Source: Macrostomum lignano
Lineage: Eukaryota
Length of the DNA stretch: 40,232 nucleotides
Assembly: GCA_002269645.1 (NCBI GenBank)
Contig: NIVC01004630.1
Location: 1-40,232 of the forward strand
Direction: 5' to 3'
The stretch's first letter is position 1, and every line of letters starts with the position of its first letter. Position numbers and translations under genes: made by a program. The notes under the pieces are model-generated. The model searched no databases and was not told where the DNA came from. It saw only the letters and a program-made list of their open reading frames with translations. Shown in pieces: positions 6,912-18,474 of the stretch.

Positions 6912-9900
6912 TCACTTATTAAATTCGTAGTCTTCTTCCCGTCGCCGCTTTCGGGAGGCTGTAGCATTCACGTGCTGTTGCAGCTGCGACGACTCCGGAT
7001 GAAGAAGTTGGAAATGGCCAAACGGGAGACTGTAGTTCGGTGCCAGCCAAGCGCGCTTGTCCTCCCAAATGCTTAAGGCACACTTTCGCTGCTGCAGCGT
7101 GAATAGCCTGTGTTGGATGCTAGCGATCCTGTGGATGATGACGGACATGCTACTCAGATCATTGAAGACTCTCAAGTAATCACTATGCGCAATCTCCTTC
7201 TTGACAACACATCCTTGAATGCCTTTGGCTTTTTTCTTTTCAGCAGTTGCAGTGCTAGCGAGAAAGGAATACAGCTTTGGTCTCAAAAGCAACCATTCGA
7301 GATAGCGAGCTCCAGCTCCTTCGTCCTTGATGCAACCGAGGCGAGCTTTCAATTCATTTGAGAACAGCGGGTGCTCAGGTGAATAGTTGGAAGTGTCAAG
7401 GAGTTTCTTTGCTTTTAGCAGTGGAAGAACTTCCGACTGCACATCCATATTCTGAATGCAAAGAAAGAGCGAGTCGGTGTCTCCACCACAGAGCCGAACA
7501 CGGGCACCCTCTTGCTCAAGCCAAGGCTTCAATTTGTCGTAGAATAACTCGTACATGATTAGCTTCGAATAGTCAAGAACACACTGGCCAATAAAAATCG
7601 GACGATCAAGCTTGACCTTAGTCTTCTGGAATTCAATTATGCTCAGTGAGTCGGTAATTATGATAAAGTTCTTAATGGATGGTTTTGAAGCCAGCACCTT
7701 TGCTTTTGCAGTGTTGGTGCAAATCCGAATGTCACGTCGCTTACGCACGTTTTCCATTGTTTTTCCGAAGAGCGCATTGTTTTTTAGTTTGTAGTAGTCT
7801 TTCTCGAAGCTGTTTGTCGCAGCAGCTCTTTTCACGCTGTTCATGTTAACATAGTCAGCAAATATCGGCTCCTGTTTGTACTCAATCATTCGATTAATTC
7901 GTTTGATTTTCATTCCATGGCTCAAGTAGAATGCCAAGATAGCCGAATGAAGCACATAACTCTGCTTGTCATGGCAGGTGAGCAGAAGTTTTTCTGCCGA
8001 ACGATAGGCTGCTTTGTCTCCAGTAATCTGCCTCCAAAGCTGTTGCATGTAGGCAGGAAATTCTTTGAATTTTGGTGCTTCTTTTTCTGGTGCAAAAGGC
8101 AAATCTTCAGTGGTGGAATGTATCTCTGCTGGATATAGAAGATCGACATCGAGCAGATAAGCAATTGGATCTGAGATTTTGAGCCCTCGGATACGATCCT
8201 CGGTCCACAGCTGTAGCTCATCTTCGGAAAGCCAGCGAAATCCATTTGCAGGTAAGTTCATGGTAAGAGCTTGACCGTAAAGGTTGTTAGCATCTACTGC
8301 TAGAAGCTCGGTAGGAACAGCTTGATCAGCGCCCTCGTCGTGACAGTCATCATCATCATCATCATTGTCATTGCAGATAGTCTGATTGTCAGCTGCTTCC
8401 AAATTTTTTCTAATATCTGGAGAGTTGGCTGACACTCTGTGTATGTTCACAAATGACATGCCACCGCGAATACCGCGCTCGAATGTTGCATACATTTGCG
8501 AATCCGTAATCAGCTCGATTCTGGATTTGAGAGACTTCAGTGCTGAAGCAAAAGATAATCCCGGGGTTGAAACGAAATGCACCGGATCAAGGCCATCATC
8601 ACGAAGGCTGAGCTTGCAAAAATTTTCAAAGACATCGGCGAGCTGCCGAATGTCAAGCTCAAGGTAGCATAGCATGTACTCTTTCAGTGTTTTAACTTGG
8701 AATTCATGCCATGCTTTCTGTGCATGCCTGTAATCCTCATCACTGCAGTGGCTTTTAGTCAGAACGTTGTAGAATTGTTCTTTACTTGGCAGCTCGGTAT
8801 CCTCAAGGACATTTGAATTAGTTAAGTAGTCGTACGGAAAAGTGCATTTTCTGAATAAAACTTCTGGAGACAACAGTGGAAACTTACTTTTTAGCAGGCT
8901 AGTGATGGTGTACTCTTCTTCTGGCAGGTTCTTGATCAGCTGAGCCAAGCTGGCGTTGAGAAATTGGTTAGAATCAATGAATTGAATGGTAAAGAACAAT
9001 GGCTTAGTCTTTCCTCCCCTCTCGTACTCATCGATTTTGAAGTCAACTTTCATTGAAACAAACTGCTCAGGATTCTGTGGAATAACCGAAATCCTCCATC
9101 CATCCATGAGATCCAAAGCCGTTGACATAATGAGATGAAGGTCATAGCCTTTTAGATTGTGGAAAACCACAGGAAGAAAGCGCCTTTTTAGACGAGCCTG
9201 CATGTTGCACTGAGCACAGGCTGCACCTCGGAATTCGCCACTGAGGTGATCATGATCCCAGTGCTTTCCGCTTTCACTATCAAAGCCGCTTCCGCAGTAG
9301 TGACACGATATAGCGTCGCGGAAGCGTTGCTTTGCAGCCTCCGTTCTAATAGCCGTCTGATGACTGAACTCCGTGTTCCAGCCATAAACCTCTCGAGCTA
9401 GCTGTTCAAGGGACTGCAAGAAGTCAGAAACACACTTTTTCGGATTTTCACTCTCAAATATGTTAACATCATTGTCGACTCCTATAGGTGATAACCCTGT
9501 GAGGCATGCTCGGTGCACCACCAAGTAACCAGCAGCAACGGCAACATGCTCTGTCAGCTTTACAGTGCTCGAACCAGCTTCAGTCTGCTGCCCTGTGTGA
9601 GGTGCATTCAATGCCTCGAAGTCGGCGTACACAATGAATGGTGGGCTGATTGTCTTTTCCCACGCCGTAAACCGAAGTACATTGTGATCTTCATCCGGAA
9701 GTTCTTCCTGAACAAAAATCCCACCAGGCTCACAGACATCTTCACAGTGCTCATCGAACGCCTTGCTAGTGTGAAATGACAGCAGACATCGCTCACACCA
9801 CTTTCGCTGGTACAGGTGGGCTTTACTGTTCAGCAATCTGTTGATGTTCGAGACAGCACACCAATGACCACCAGCTGAGTTCTCGTTCGTGGATGGTGGA

Positions 9901-11256
9901 AGAAACATCAGCAGGACAACTGTTCGTCCTCTCATGGTAGCTGCGCTTGGCTGTCGGAGGACTTCAGCAGCTTCATTCTCCCAGGTGAAAACAGTGAAGC
10001 AAAGGGTTGGATTTAATTCTTCGACAGCAGACAGATCGTACAAATTGATCGGCAGACTCAGTCCCGTAATGTTAATCTCATCTAGCCATTCGGTGTACGA
10101 GGATTCTCGTTGAGCTGACTTCTTAATACGGCAGTGATCTTTGTGAAGAAAGGCAAGGCACGCGTAAACAAAGCAATTTTCACCGCTGCTAGGAGGAGAA
10201 ATGACGGCCTTCTTTTGAAAAAGCGCAGTCGGCAAACTAAACCCAGCCGCATGCCCCGAATAGTAGGGAGTTCGAACAGCGAGGGCAGAGCAAAGGTCGA
10301 AGAAATTTATTTTGTCAATGGCCCATCCACTGCCATTAGCGTTGTACACGTCTACTCTCTGCTCTAACTCTGCAAATTGCTGCCTCCACCAGTCATCAAA
10401 TTCCTGCACATCAACCAGCATACAGAGATTTGTACTCATCCATTTGTTTTCAACATTGACTGCTTCTGCTGCCTGCACCCGAATCATGCGCACGTTTAGC
10501 TTAATTTGTGCTCTTAGCGAACAGTTGTCAAAGGAGTCAAGACGAACTTCGAGATACTGCAGAACCGCATGTTTGACCAGGTCTAGAAACTCGAATGGAT
10601 CAATGTCAGCTGTTGGGGCGAAGCGATGAATCTGCAGTACATCATCGTGGGCACTGTTCACCAAGGAGATAACACATGAAGACCCTAAAAATAAATCGAG
10701 AGATAAGATAGTGAAAATCGAGAAACATAAACTGAGAGTCTCATGATTGCTTATAAATCCAGCTCAATTAGCTATTCATAATAATCGATGTCTGTATTCA
10801 GAATCGAGGAGGGTGTTTTTGGATGTATACAATCGATATAGGTGTGCAGAGGTGTGCGAAGTCGAGGTGGGGTGTCCAGAGTCGAGGTGTGGTGTCCAGA
10901 GTCGAGGTGGGGTATCCGGAGTCGAAGAAGGGATGTGCAGAGTCGAGGAGGGGGTGTGCGGAGTCGAGGAGGGGGTGTGCGGAGTCGAGGAGGGGGTGTG
11001 AAGAGTCGAGGAGGGGGTGTGCAGAGTCGAGGACGGGGATGTGCAGAGTCAGGGTTGGTGTACGGACTCGGGGTGGGCGGGTGTTATTACGCATTAATTA
11101 AAACTGAATTAGTTACACATTTCGAGTTGAAGGTTTAAAATTTTACCACTTCAAATATTGGTAAGAAAATAATTGATTTTTTACATTAACAGAGTGGCAA
11201 AACTCACCTGCTCCTTCACCTGCTCTTCGCCTAGAACATGTTGTAGGATCCTGCAT
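6912..11256 (-). CDS. Protein-primed family B DNA polymerase (pPolB), predicted two coding exons 11256-11208 and 10684-6912, about 1273 aa
   Basis: Uninterrupted 1250-aa ORF with GSGW terminal-protein region, ENCFVY...GHW, DHDH...RGAAC..CN, ExoI YADFE, ExoII FHNLKGYD, ExoIII YLELD, Pol A DANNLYG, Pol B KLKNNALFGKT, Pol C DTDS. No in-frame ATG near the ORF start; the upstream exon is inferred from a CAG|GTGAGT donor and a pyrimidine-rich TTTTTAG acceptor, both phase 1. Confidence is for PolB identity; the 5' exon is about 0.65. Confidence 0.95.
10842..11050. repeat. About 21-bp minisatellite (GTGCGGAGTCGAGGAGGGGGT-like) in predicted pPolB intron
   Basis: Roughly 9-10 degenerate tandem units, read directly. 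Confidence 0.85.
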
Positions 11257-12018
11257 GTTGCGACTGCCGGCTGCCAGGCAATGCTGATGCAGATTTGTCT
11301 GCTTCCAGCTTCGAATTGATCAATTTTAAGGCCAATGGCAATGCTTAGCTTAAAAAGGAATAATTAAGAAAAATGCAAAGTAGAGATCGAATCTAGTTAA
11401 GATGCTCTTATTCTATTCGCGATATTGAGACTTAGCAACGAGCACCAAGCTATAGAAAAGCAGCCCGCGGATAGTAAAAACCTCAAAATCAAAACTAATA
11501 GTCGAGTAATGCGAATAGGTTGCCATGATGCGATAGCTTTTAGCATCAAATCCACCGATACGGTTGATTTGCTATTTTTCTGTCTAGTTTGCGTTTTTTT
11601 CTAAAATTAATTCAATGTTTATTATGAGAAAAAAACAATGCAAAAACAACGTGTATTTGGTATAAACGGCTTTGTAGCAAGAAAATAATTTAGAAGAAGA
11701 AACTTTTATTTAGCATTAAATTACAAACTTTCTGCATAGAAAGCAGTATAATTCATTATAAGCTACCATGTACATTCTCGCTCTCCTAATAACTAAATAT
11801 TGGTATCAAAGAGCCTCCAGCTTGATAAACTGCTTAGCCCAGCCCAACGAGATAAATCACAGGTAACATGCACTGAAAAGATTAATTTAATTTAAGCAGT
11901 TTTTAACTTCTTTTAGAGCTCCTCCCCTTATCAAAAGTCCACTCATTTTTGTAGAACTTTTTTTTGTGTGCTAAAAATTCGTTTCCCTTGCCAACAAAAT
12001 ACTCCAGGCTAAAGCAAA

Positions 12019-12999
12019 TTAAGACTTACTCAAGCGAATACGGATCCCCCCTCCAAAGTCAATTGAGTACTCGCCCACAACGCTACTCGGTAGGACGAAT
12101 TGAAGGCAAACTGACGGTGCCATCGGTTCAGCGGCTTGGACTCCTGCCGATTGTTGAACCACCGGTGGGGTAGCATGAGGTTCGACTCCTGCTGATTGTG
12201 GAAACTCTGGTACCACCGGTGGGGTAGCATGAGGTTCGAAATCTCGTAGGAGATCAGACAGGCTGGCATCCGCCATCATTCCAGCCATATTTTTTCCAGC
12301 GACTGGAACAGCCCTGTGCGGTGGCTGCTGCTCGACCGTGGCTTTTTCGTTCGTCTCCTCCGGCTCCAACTCGTGCTCCTCAAAGAAAGCCGTGTCCAAT
12401 TCTGGCGGAGCAACAAAATCAGCGGCAGCAGCATCATCGTCATGGCGATTTACCGGTGTCTGAAGACTGAGAGCACCAGCCGCTGGAACGTCAACGCTGG
12501 CAGCTTGATGGTTGATGTCGGCAGGTCCAGGAGCAGCAGCTGGGTAGTCGACGCTGGCAGGTGCAGGAAGGCTGGCAACATCAGCTGGATGCTGATCTGC
12601 AGCAGCAAGTGCAACGGAAATCAAATCAAAAGTACATGTAGTTGAAATTATTGCAGATTGATTTCGCACACCTTGAATCGTCTGGCTCAGGGTGCTGACC
12701 GGGGCTCGATGACGCTCGATCATGTTGAGTTGCTCCTGGCGGTGGGCGGCCTCCAGTACAGTAAAGCGGGCTCGTTCGATGCTATCAGGCGAGCTCCAAT
12801 TAATGATGGTGTGATTTTTATGGGCCCGAACTTGGCGGCGCACATTGAACAGCTCAGTTGTCTGGCACTCGTGGCAAAGCAACCAGCGACTTATAATGCA
12901 GCTGTCTTTTTTGTTATGGAGCTTTAACCCACCGAGCTCACATGAATTGCAGCTGATGCACACCTCGTGCACGTAGGATGGACACCGAGATTTATTCAT
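12019..12999 (-). CDS. Polinton accessory protein: Cys/His-rich N-terminus with LxCxE, acidic Pro/Ala-rich middle
   Basis: 326-aa ORF from ATG; CISC, CNSC and CHEC cysteine pairs; LLCHE; acidic tract; internal duplication of EPHATPPVV (28-bp direct repeat at 12158 and 12212); TATA box upstream; lies between PolB and the terminus. Confidence 0.75.
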   Translation of the reverse strand: MNKSRCPSYVHEVCISCNSCELGGLKLHNKKDSCIISRWLLCHECQTTELFNVRRQVRAHKNHTIINWSSPDSIERARFTVLEAAHRQEQLNMIERHRAPVSTLSQTIQGVRNQSAIISTTCTFDLISVALAAADQHPADVASLPAPASVDYPAAAPGPADINHQAASVDVPAAGALSLQTPVNRHDDDAAAADFVAPPELDTAFFEEHELEPEETNEKATVEQQPPHRAVPVAGKNMAGMMADASLSDLLRDFEPHATPPVVPEFPQSAGVEPHATPPVVQQSAGVQAAEPMAPSVCLQFVLPSSVVGEYSIDFGGGIRIRLSKS

Positions 13000-13075
13000 T
13001 ATTTAAAAATCTATGAGAAATTTAGTTTAAAATAAAATTTAAATTTAAACTTCTCATATGCACATATTTAGCCTC

Positions 13076-13082
13076 TTATATA
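13076..13082 (-). promoter_or_regulatory. TATA box (TATATAA) upstream of ORF 12999-12019
   Basis: Minus strand reads GGG-TATATAA-GAGGC, about 77 nt upstream of the ATG, preceded by GC-rich boxes around 13210-13265. Confidence 0.55.
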
Positions 13083-13566
13083 CCCACTTCAACCAAATCT
13101 GTGTTAATAAAAACATAGCCGCTATGTTTTCAGCTTTGCTATGTTTACAGTCAGCCACCCAATGTCCAATGATTTCATCAGCGCATCCAGGTATTGAGCC
13201 CTTGTTAAATTCCCGCACGCCCCGCTAAATTCTTTTGAATACGCCGCCAACTTTACCCCACCCAGTCGAGGGTGGCAATAAAACTACTGATAACTGAGCA
13301 CTCTCTCCTTTCAGCAACAAAGCCGCCGCCGCCGCCAGCTCCCAGACAGCGGGAGAGAGAGAGGCTTGGCTACCACTATTTTTGTTGACAGAAGTTTGTT
13401 ATTACCGATAAAATTATATAATAAAGTATTAGTATAATACTGAATACAATAAAATACCGCTGATATTTGCCAATCGTTCAACACAATTTCTAGAGATTCC
13501 CCTAGCTCGCCTCTGTGCATACTTGCGGATTCCCCCATGAGGTGCCTATGTACTCTCATTAGGAGT

Positions 13567-13694
13567 CTACGGAATTCCCATGGCTTTGCCTGCGGCAGAG
13601 TTGAGCTATGCAAACACATAGGCGCCCTTCTGATCCGGGCCCACGGAATTTCCGTGGCTTTCCCTGCGGCAGAGTTGTGTTATCCTCTACTACT
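13567..13694. repeat. Outer end of Polinton right TIR with two 37-bp subterminal direct repeats
   Basis: 13567-13603 and 13641-13677 are imperfect direct repeats; terminal ACTACT at 13689-13694; next 6 nt (GATATA) would be the TSD. Confidence 0.65.
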
Positions 13695-14478
13695 GATATA
13701 GATATGTTACTTGAGTAGTCATTGATGCATAAGCATGCACTTTTGTAGTCTGCGCCCCCCCCCGTTCAAAAATTTCTAGATCCGCAACTGAAGCCTTTTA
13801 TGTTAAAACTATTGCCAATTTATTCCTTAATTGGCCATTATTGCTTGTGAGAGTAGACTATGCACTCAGCAGCATGTTAATAGCTTCCACGCCGAAGACA
13901 GACAAACAGACAGACAGACAGACCGACAGTTTTTCTGGACGCCTAGAAAAATGTACATTTAAAATCTGTTGGTGACACAAAAAATTTAAGGCTTAAAGCT
14001 ACTCTTGTGCTTAAGTGAAAATGTACTAAAATGTGTCCAGCGGTGTCGGAACATATTTCAAAGTGGGGGGGGGCTATTGGTGGGAGGGCACATTGCAAAT
14101 TATTTTTTTAATCTAAAGGCACCCTAACTCCCTGCTTGCGACATTAATTGTGACAACCAGGCCAATATTCGATTCTGTGTTGGAAGTGGCCAAAGTCAGA
14201 AAAGTTCGAATTTTCAACTAATTCAAACAGTGCGCAACTGCACTGCACTATCAATTTATTTAGTAAATACCTCAAATGATTGAAAATTGCCAGGGCAAGA
14301 CCAGTAATTTTCTGGATCTCTTGGCTGCCTCCTTCAGTTCCTCTTGGCGCCGTCTCATTATTTTATGTGACGGCATTTTTTGTGCTTTTAGTTGCGCGCC
14401 AGAAGCGGTTTAAGTCTAGGGATTGCGGCGGACTCGGAATTTCGATCAGAGATTTAGTAAAAGAGCTGAATACTAAAA

Positions 14479-15168
14479 CAGGGGTTGGCGAACTCCGGCC
14501 TGAGGGCCAAATGTGGCCCGCAAAGCCTCTCTATCCGGCCCTTGGGCCTTGGGTCCCTTGAATCTTCACAATAGCAATCTGGCCCGCTTGATGTTTGTGT
14601 CTCTTCTCAGCTCTCTTCCCTCACCTCTCTCTTCTCATATTTTCCTGTCCTGTCCTCTCCTCTCGTTTCCTCTCCTCTCTCCTCTCCTCTCCTCTCCTCT
14701 CCTCTCTCCTCTCATCTCCTCACATCTCTCCTCTCCTTTCCTCTCCTCTCCTCTCCTCTCCTCTCCTATCCTCTCCTCACCTCCCTCCTCTCCTCTCATC
14801 TCCTCGCCTCTCCTCACCTCTCTCCTATCATCTCATCTCCTTACCTCTCTCCTCTCCTTATCTCCTCTCTCTCATATTTCGACTCTCCTCTCCTCATACA
14901 TCTTCTCCTCTCCTCTGTCCTCTCCTATTTTATCTCTCTTCTCGTCTACTCTCTTTTCCTTTATTCCTTCGCCTCTCCTTTCTCCTGCGCTCGTATTTCT
15001 CTTCTCTATTCCCTATCCTCTCTCCCTATAGCCATGCAGTCATCAGGGACTCCTGGGCGCGCGTTTCGCTTAGGGGGCCCAGCGAAGCGGACCCAGAACG
15101 GCAGTCATGCGCTGTTCTCAATCTGGCCCTTGATGTAAAAAGTTTGCCCCTTGCACAAAAGACCCCTG
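14479..15168. mobile_element. Non-autonomous hAT (Charlie-like) element
   Basis: Starts CAGGGGTTGGCGAAC, ends GTTTGCC...GACCCCTG; flanked by TACTAAAA / CACTAAAA (8-bp TSD, 7/8 identical). Confidence 0.7.
14610..15025. repeat. CT-rich (CCTCT)n simple repeat
   Basis: Polypyrimidine tract read directly; lies inside the hAT element. Confidence 0.92.
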
Positions 15169-16845
15169 CACTAAAAGCACTAGGCACAATCGAATGGCTT
15201 AGGCACATTCGATAAAAACTGTAGTGGAATGGGATTGAGAACAACATGAACTATTATATCAGCTGGTAAGCCTTAGCTTCCATGACTCAGAAAAGCCAAA
15301 GCCGAAAAACGGCCGACACTTGCTTGAAATTCAAAAAGGGCACTTGCAGGATCATGCTTAAAAGTGGCTTGGCTTCCCCCCCCTCCCCCCGGTTCCGACA
15401 CTTCCGAATGTGTCTAAAGCTTCAAAAACGGGGGTGGATCAAATATACATTTTTAATATTATTGGCAGGGGCATGTCGCCTGCATGGGTTTTATGGTGCA
15501 GGTATAGATATGACAAAGCCAAGAATTATACAACTAAATTCCTACATTATTGTTATTATAGTACACAATTTAGTGTCCACATGCACTCATTTTGGCTCCG
15601 CATTCAGACACTCATTTTGGCACAATAGGCATTGATCATTTTGGCGCCGCAGGCACTCATTTTGGTGCCACAGGCGCTATTTTTTGTCGCCCGAAAGCAA
15701 AATTATTCATTTCCATAACGGATCACAATTCGTTGGGGGGGACAAAAGCATTAATCCCGGGCTGCCAAAAAACGTTCGTCCAACGAAAAGGATATTTGGG
15801 CAAAGTGAATAGTCGTATGGGCTGTTGAAAAAACGTTGGAACAATGTGGGACATTCAACGAAGGAAAATACCGCACATTTGCGGCACATTTACTTTTAGT
15901 AGCATCATATGCATGTTTGTATAACCTGTACAAAATAGACGAATTAGGCGGAAATTTTTTGAAAAACTGTTTACTGTTAATCGGGTAAACCTAATCTGTT
16001 CCCGCTTGTATTAATTATGCAAAGCTTTTCGTACATGTAGCTCGAAGATAAGATGAAAAAATAAATTCGCTGGACGACGATACGGAAGCTGAAACTGTTT
16101 TTCTGCTACATGTACGAGGAGCGTACATGCAGCTTAGCTGAGCTGATGACAATTACAATGAATCAGATATTTCTGTTATAAGTTGCATTACACGTAAAAT
16201 TAATTATGAGTTTATTAAATTTCCAGTTTGCTGAAGGCGCCGAATAATTTTATATTTTGATTTTTATTTTGATGGTCGGGTGAAAAACGTCTTCATACAT
16301 GTATAATATGGTTGCCCGTTAGTTAGCTACTACTGACAGTAAGGTCCTAAAGAGTATTCGTTTGAAAGCATCAATATAACCCACTGGAAAATCACACCCG
16401 ATTGCTCAATTAGTTGTAGAATACAGTTGGGTTCACGGAAAGACACGATTTTTCCATGGAATCGTTCTGGAATTCTATAGAATTCTATAGAATATTTGTT
16501 TCTATTGGTTGAAGCGCGGCTAATTGGGAGAGCACAGCCTCCCCCACCAAACCGCAACAGAGAAAGAATGACACGGTGGGGTGACAGTTGACAGTCAAAA
16601 GGTGTGTGTATACTGTAACCTCCATGCACTAATATTTTTCCTATATTTCCTATCCTTCTAAGCAATTAAAGCATAAAGTCTGTCTTTCAAAGCAATATAA
16701 ACCACTTCCTTATTTTTGTAAGGGTGCTTTCGTGATCTTCTAAGTGCAATATAGAGCATCCATTCGTTCATTTCTGTGAAATAGAATTTCTCATTCTCAA
16801 TTAAAAAATGAGTACTGGTACTGGTCCTCGTCGTTCGTCACGTCA

Positions 16846-17420
16846 TCCCGAATCGCCGCCTTCGAATATCTGGAAAGCGGATTAATCTAGAGACACGATT
16901 CTTTCTGCGGGTGATACCGACTGGCACACTCTAATGATGTGTAGAATCCCAAAGCTGAGGCTACTGATACAGCTTGGCAATTCCTGATTGATTTTCCCGG
17001 ATTTGCCCATTTGAATGCATTAGAATTTTCCCGAATCGCCGCCTTCGAATATCTGGAAAGCGGATTAATCTAGAGACACGATTCTTTCTGCAGGTGATAC
17101 CGACTGGCACACTCTAATGATGTGTAGAATCCCAAAGCTGAGGCTACTGATACAGCTTGGCAATTCCTGATTGATTTCCCGGATTTGCCCATTTGAATGC
17201 ATTAGAATTTTCCCGAATCGCCGCCTTCGAATATCTGGAAAGCGGATTAATCTAGAGACACGATTCTTTCTGCGGGTGATACCGACTGGCACACTCTAAT
17301 GATGTGTAGAATCCCAAAGCTGAGGCTACTGATACAGCTTGGCAATTCCTGATTGATTTTCCCGGATTTGCCCATTTGAATGCATTAGAATTTTCCCGAA
17401 TCGCCGCCTTCGAATATCTG
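16846..17420. repeat. 182-183-bp unit tandemly repeated about 3.1 times
   Basis: Units start at 16846, 17029, 17211 and 17394 (partial) and are nearly identical. Confidence 0.95.
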
Positions 17421-18474
17421 ATTACTTGCTTGATTGTGTCTCAGAGCTCCGCGACCTAATTTTGAACGGCTATTGTCGAGATGGAATTTCTACTCCATTT
17501 GAACTTGAAATGGTTATGTGCGATGCTCCCGCAAGGCATTTTGTAAGGGGCACAAAACACTGCACTGGCTATTTTGCTTGCGATAAGTGCACCGTACAAG
17601 GTCACTATGCCAGTGGAAGAGTTGTTTTCTGTGACTTAAATGCACCGCTTAGAACAGACGCTTGCTTTCGCTTAGCTTCAGAAGAAAACTGCCCCGAAGA
17701 TGAAGTTTATAAGAACCATGTTGTGTCAAAAAGCATTTTTTGCTCCCTGCCTATTGACATGATTTCAACTTTTCCAGTCGACCCCATGCACCTGTTGTAT
17801 GAGGGAGTGGTTCACAAGTGCTTGAAAAGCCTTGCTTGCGCAGCCGTGCCTCACCGCGTTCCGCAGTGTTCTCTTCGTGAAATAAGTTGCTCTTTAGAAT
17901 CTGTGGCGCCTAGCATCCCTCGTGATTTTCCACGAAGGCCCAGATCCCTTGATGTTTTAGGGCAGTGGAAGGCAGTTGAATTTCGCTTGTTTCTTCTGTA
18001 TTTAGCCCCTGTTGTGCTGCAGGGCCTCGTCTCTGATGATATGTACAGTCTTTTTGTAAGCTTGCATCACTCTTTTCTCTGTCAAGACCTGTTCCATTGC
18101 CTCTGCTTTTTCTGTCCATCAAGCCTTCTGGGGCATTTGCTAGATTAGAGCTTCCCCGTAGGTCTACTTTTTTGTCCGTGTTGAAGCCTGACTGCTATGT
18201 GATGAGCAGGACAGGAAGTGTTTACCGAATTTTTCACATTTTCTCTGCCGCGGGAAATTCCTGCTATTTGCATGTGCGACGCTTCTGCTCATCTGAGCCT
18301 CTTTATAACACCCCAGTGAACTCTTTCCAAACCAACATGATTTCTGTTTTGAGCAGCCTGTCAGATACCCGTTGCATACTAGGCATTGATGAACTTCACT
18401 GCAAAGCGCTTGTTATCGCTCTAAATGGCAAGTTGGTTGCTTTTCCACTGTTGCACACTATAGGATGCGAATAA
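17420..18474 (+). pseudogene. EnSpm/CACTA-like transposase remnant (N-terminal and internal deletions)
   Basis: CDAPAR...TGYFACDKC, FPVDPMHLLYEGV, IPRDFPRRPRSL...WKAVEFRLFLLY are typical of animal CMC transposases; homology breaks after SLH near 18065 and resumes in another frame as the C-terminal KPDCYV...VAFPLLH tail. Confidence 0.85.

Larger units (their letters stand above)
1..13694. mobile_element. Polinton/Maverick (adintovirus-like) endogenous virus, left part outside window
   Basis: Full hallmark gene set in one compact block (integrase, two capsid proteins, cysteine protease, packaging ATPase, protein-primed PolB). Ends in ...CTACTACT at 13687-13694, matching the AGTAGT...ACTACT Polinton terminus. 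Left TIR and TSD cannot be checked in this window. Confidence 0.93.

Noticed and set aside
10662-10664. TTG start of pPolB given by the ORF track
   Set aside because: Eukaryotic context; the frame is open further upstream and a splice acceptor at 10685 explains the missing ATG.
10670-10690. Flatworm spliced-leader AUG as the pPolB start codon
   Set aside because: An AUG joined at the 10684 acceptor would be out of frame and stop within nine codons.
10798-11094. 98-aa minus-strand ORF with LDSAHPL repeats as a pPolB exon or separate gene
   Set aside because: Mostly the 21-bp repeat; no good donor site; a better exon exists at 11256-11208. Not fully excluded.
13284-13289. Earlier ACTACT as the Polinton terminus
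   Set aside because: The 13687-13694 CTACTACT follows structured subterminal repeats and directly precedes unrelated repeat sequence, so it fits better; the left end is needed to be sure.
13751-13790. Right end of a CAGTTGCGGATCTAGA-type MITE next to the Polinton terminus
   Set aside because: No left end in the window; it may be the element the Polinton inserted into, but that cannot be shown here.
14513-15215. Ser/Pro/Leu-rich ORFs, and likewise 25475-25936
   Set aside because: Translations of CT and GA simple repeats.
14039-15405. Possible outer MITE with GTGTCGGAAC / GTTCCGACAC inverted ends enclosing the hAT element
   Set aside because: Only a 10-bp internal match; termini and TSD could not be defined.
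16846-17420. CRISPR-like array or hAT dimerisation-domain fragment (AERIVS on the minus strand)
   Set aside because: Units are contiguous with no unique spacers; residue spacing does not match the hAT motif.
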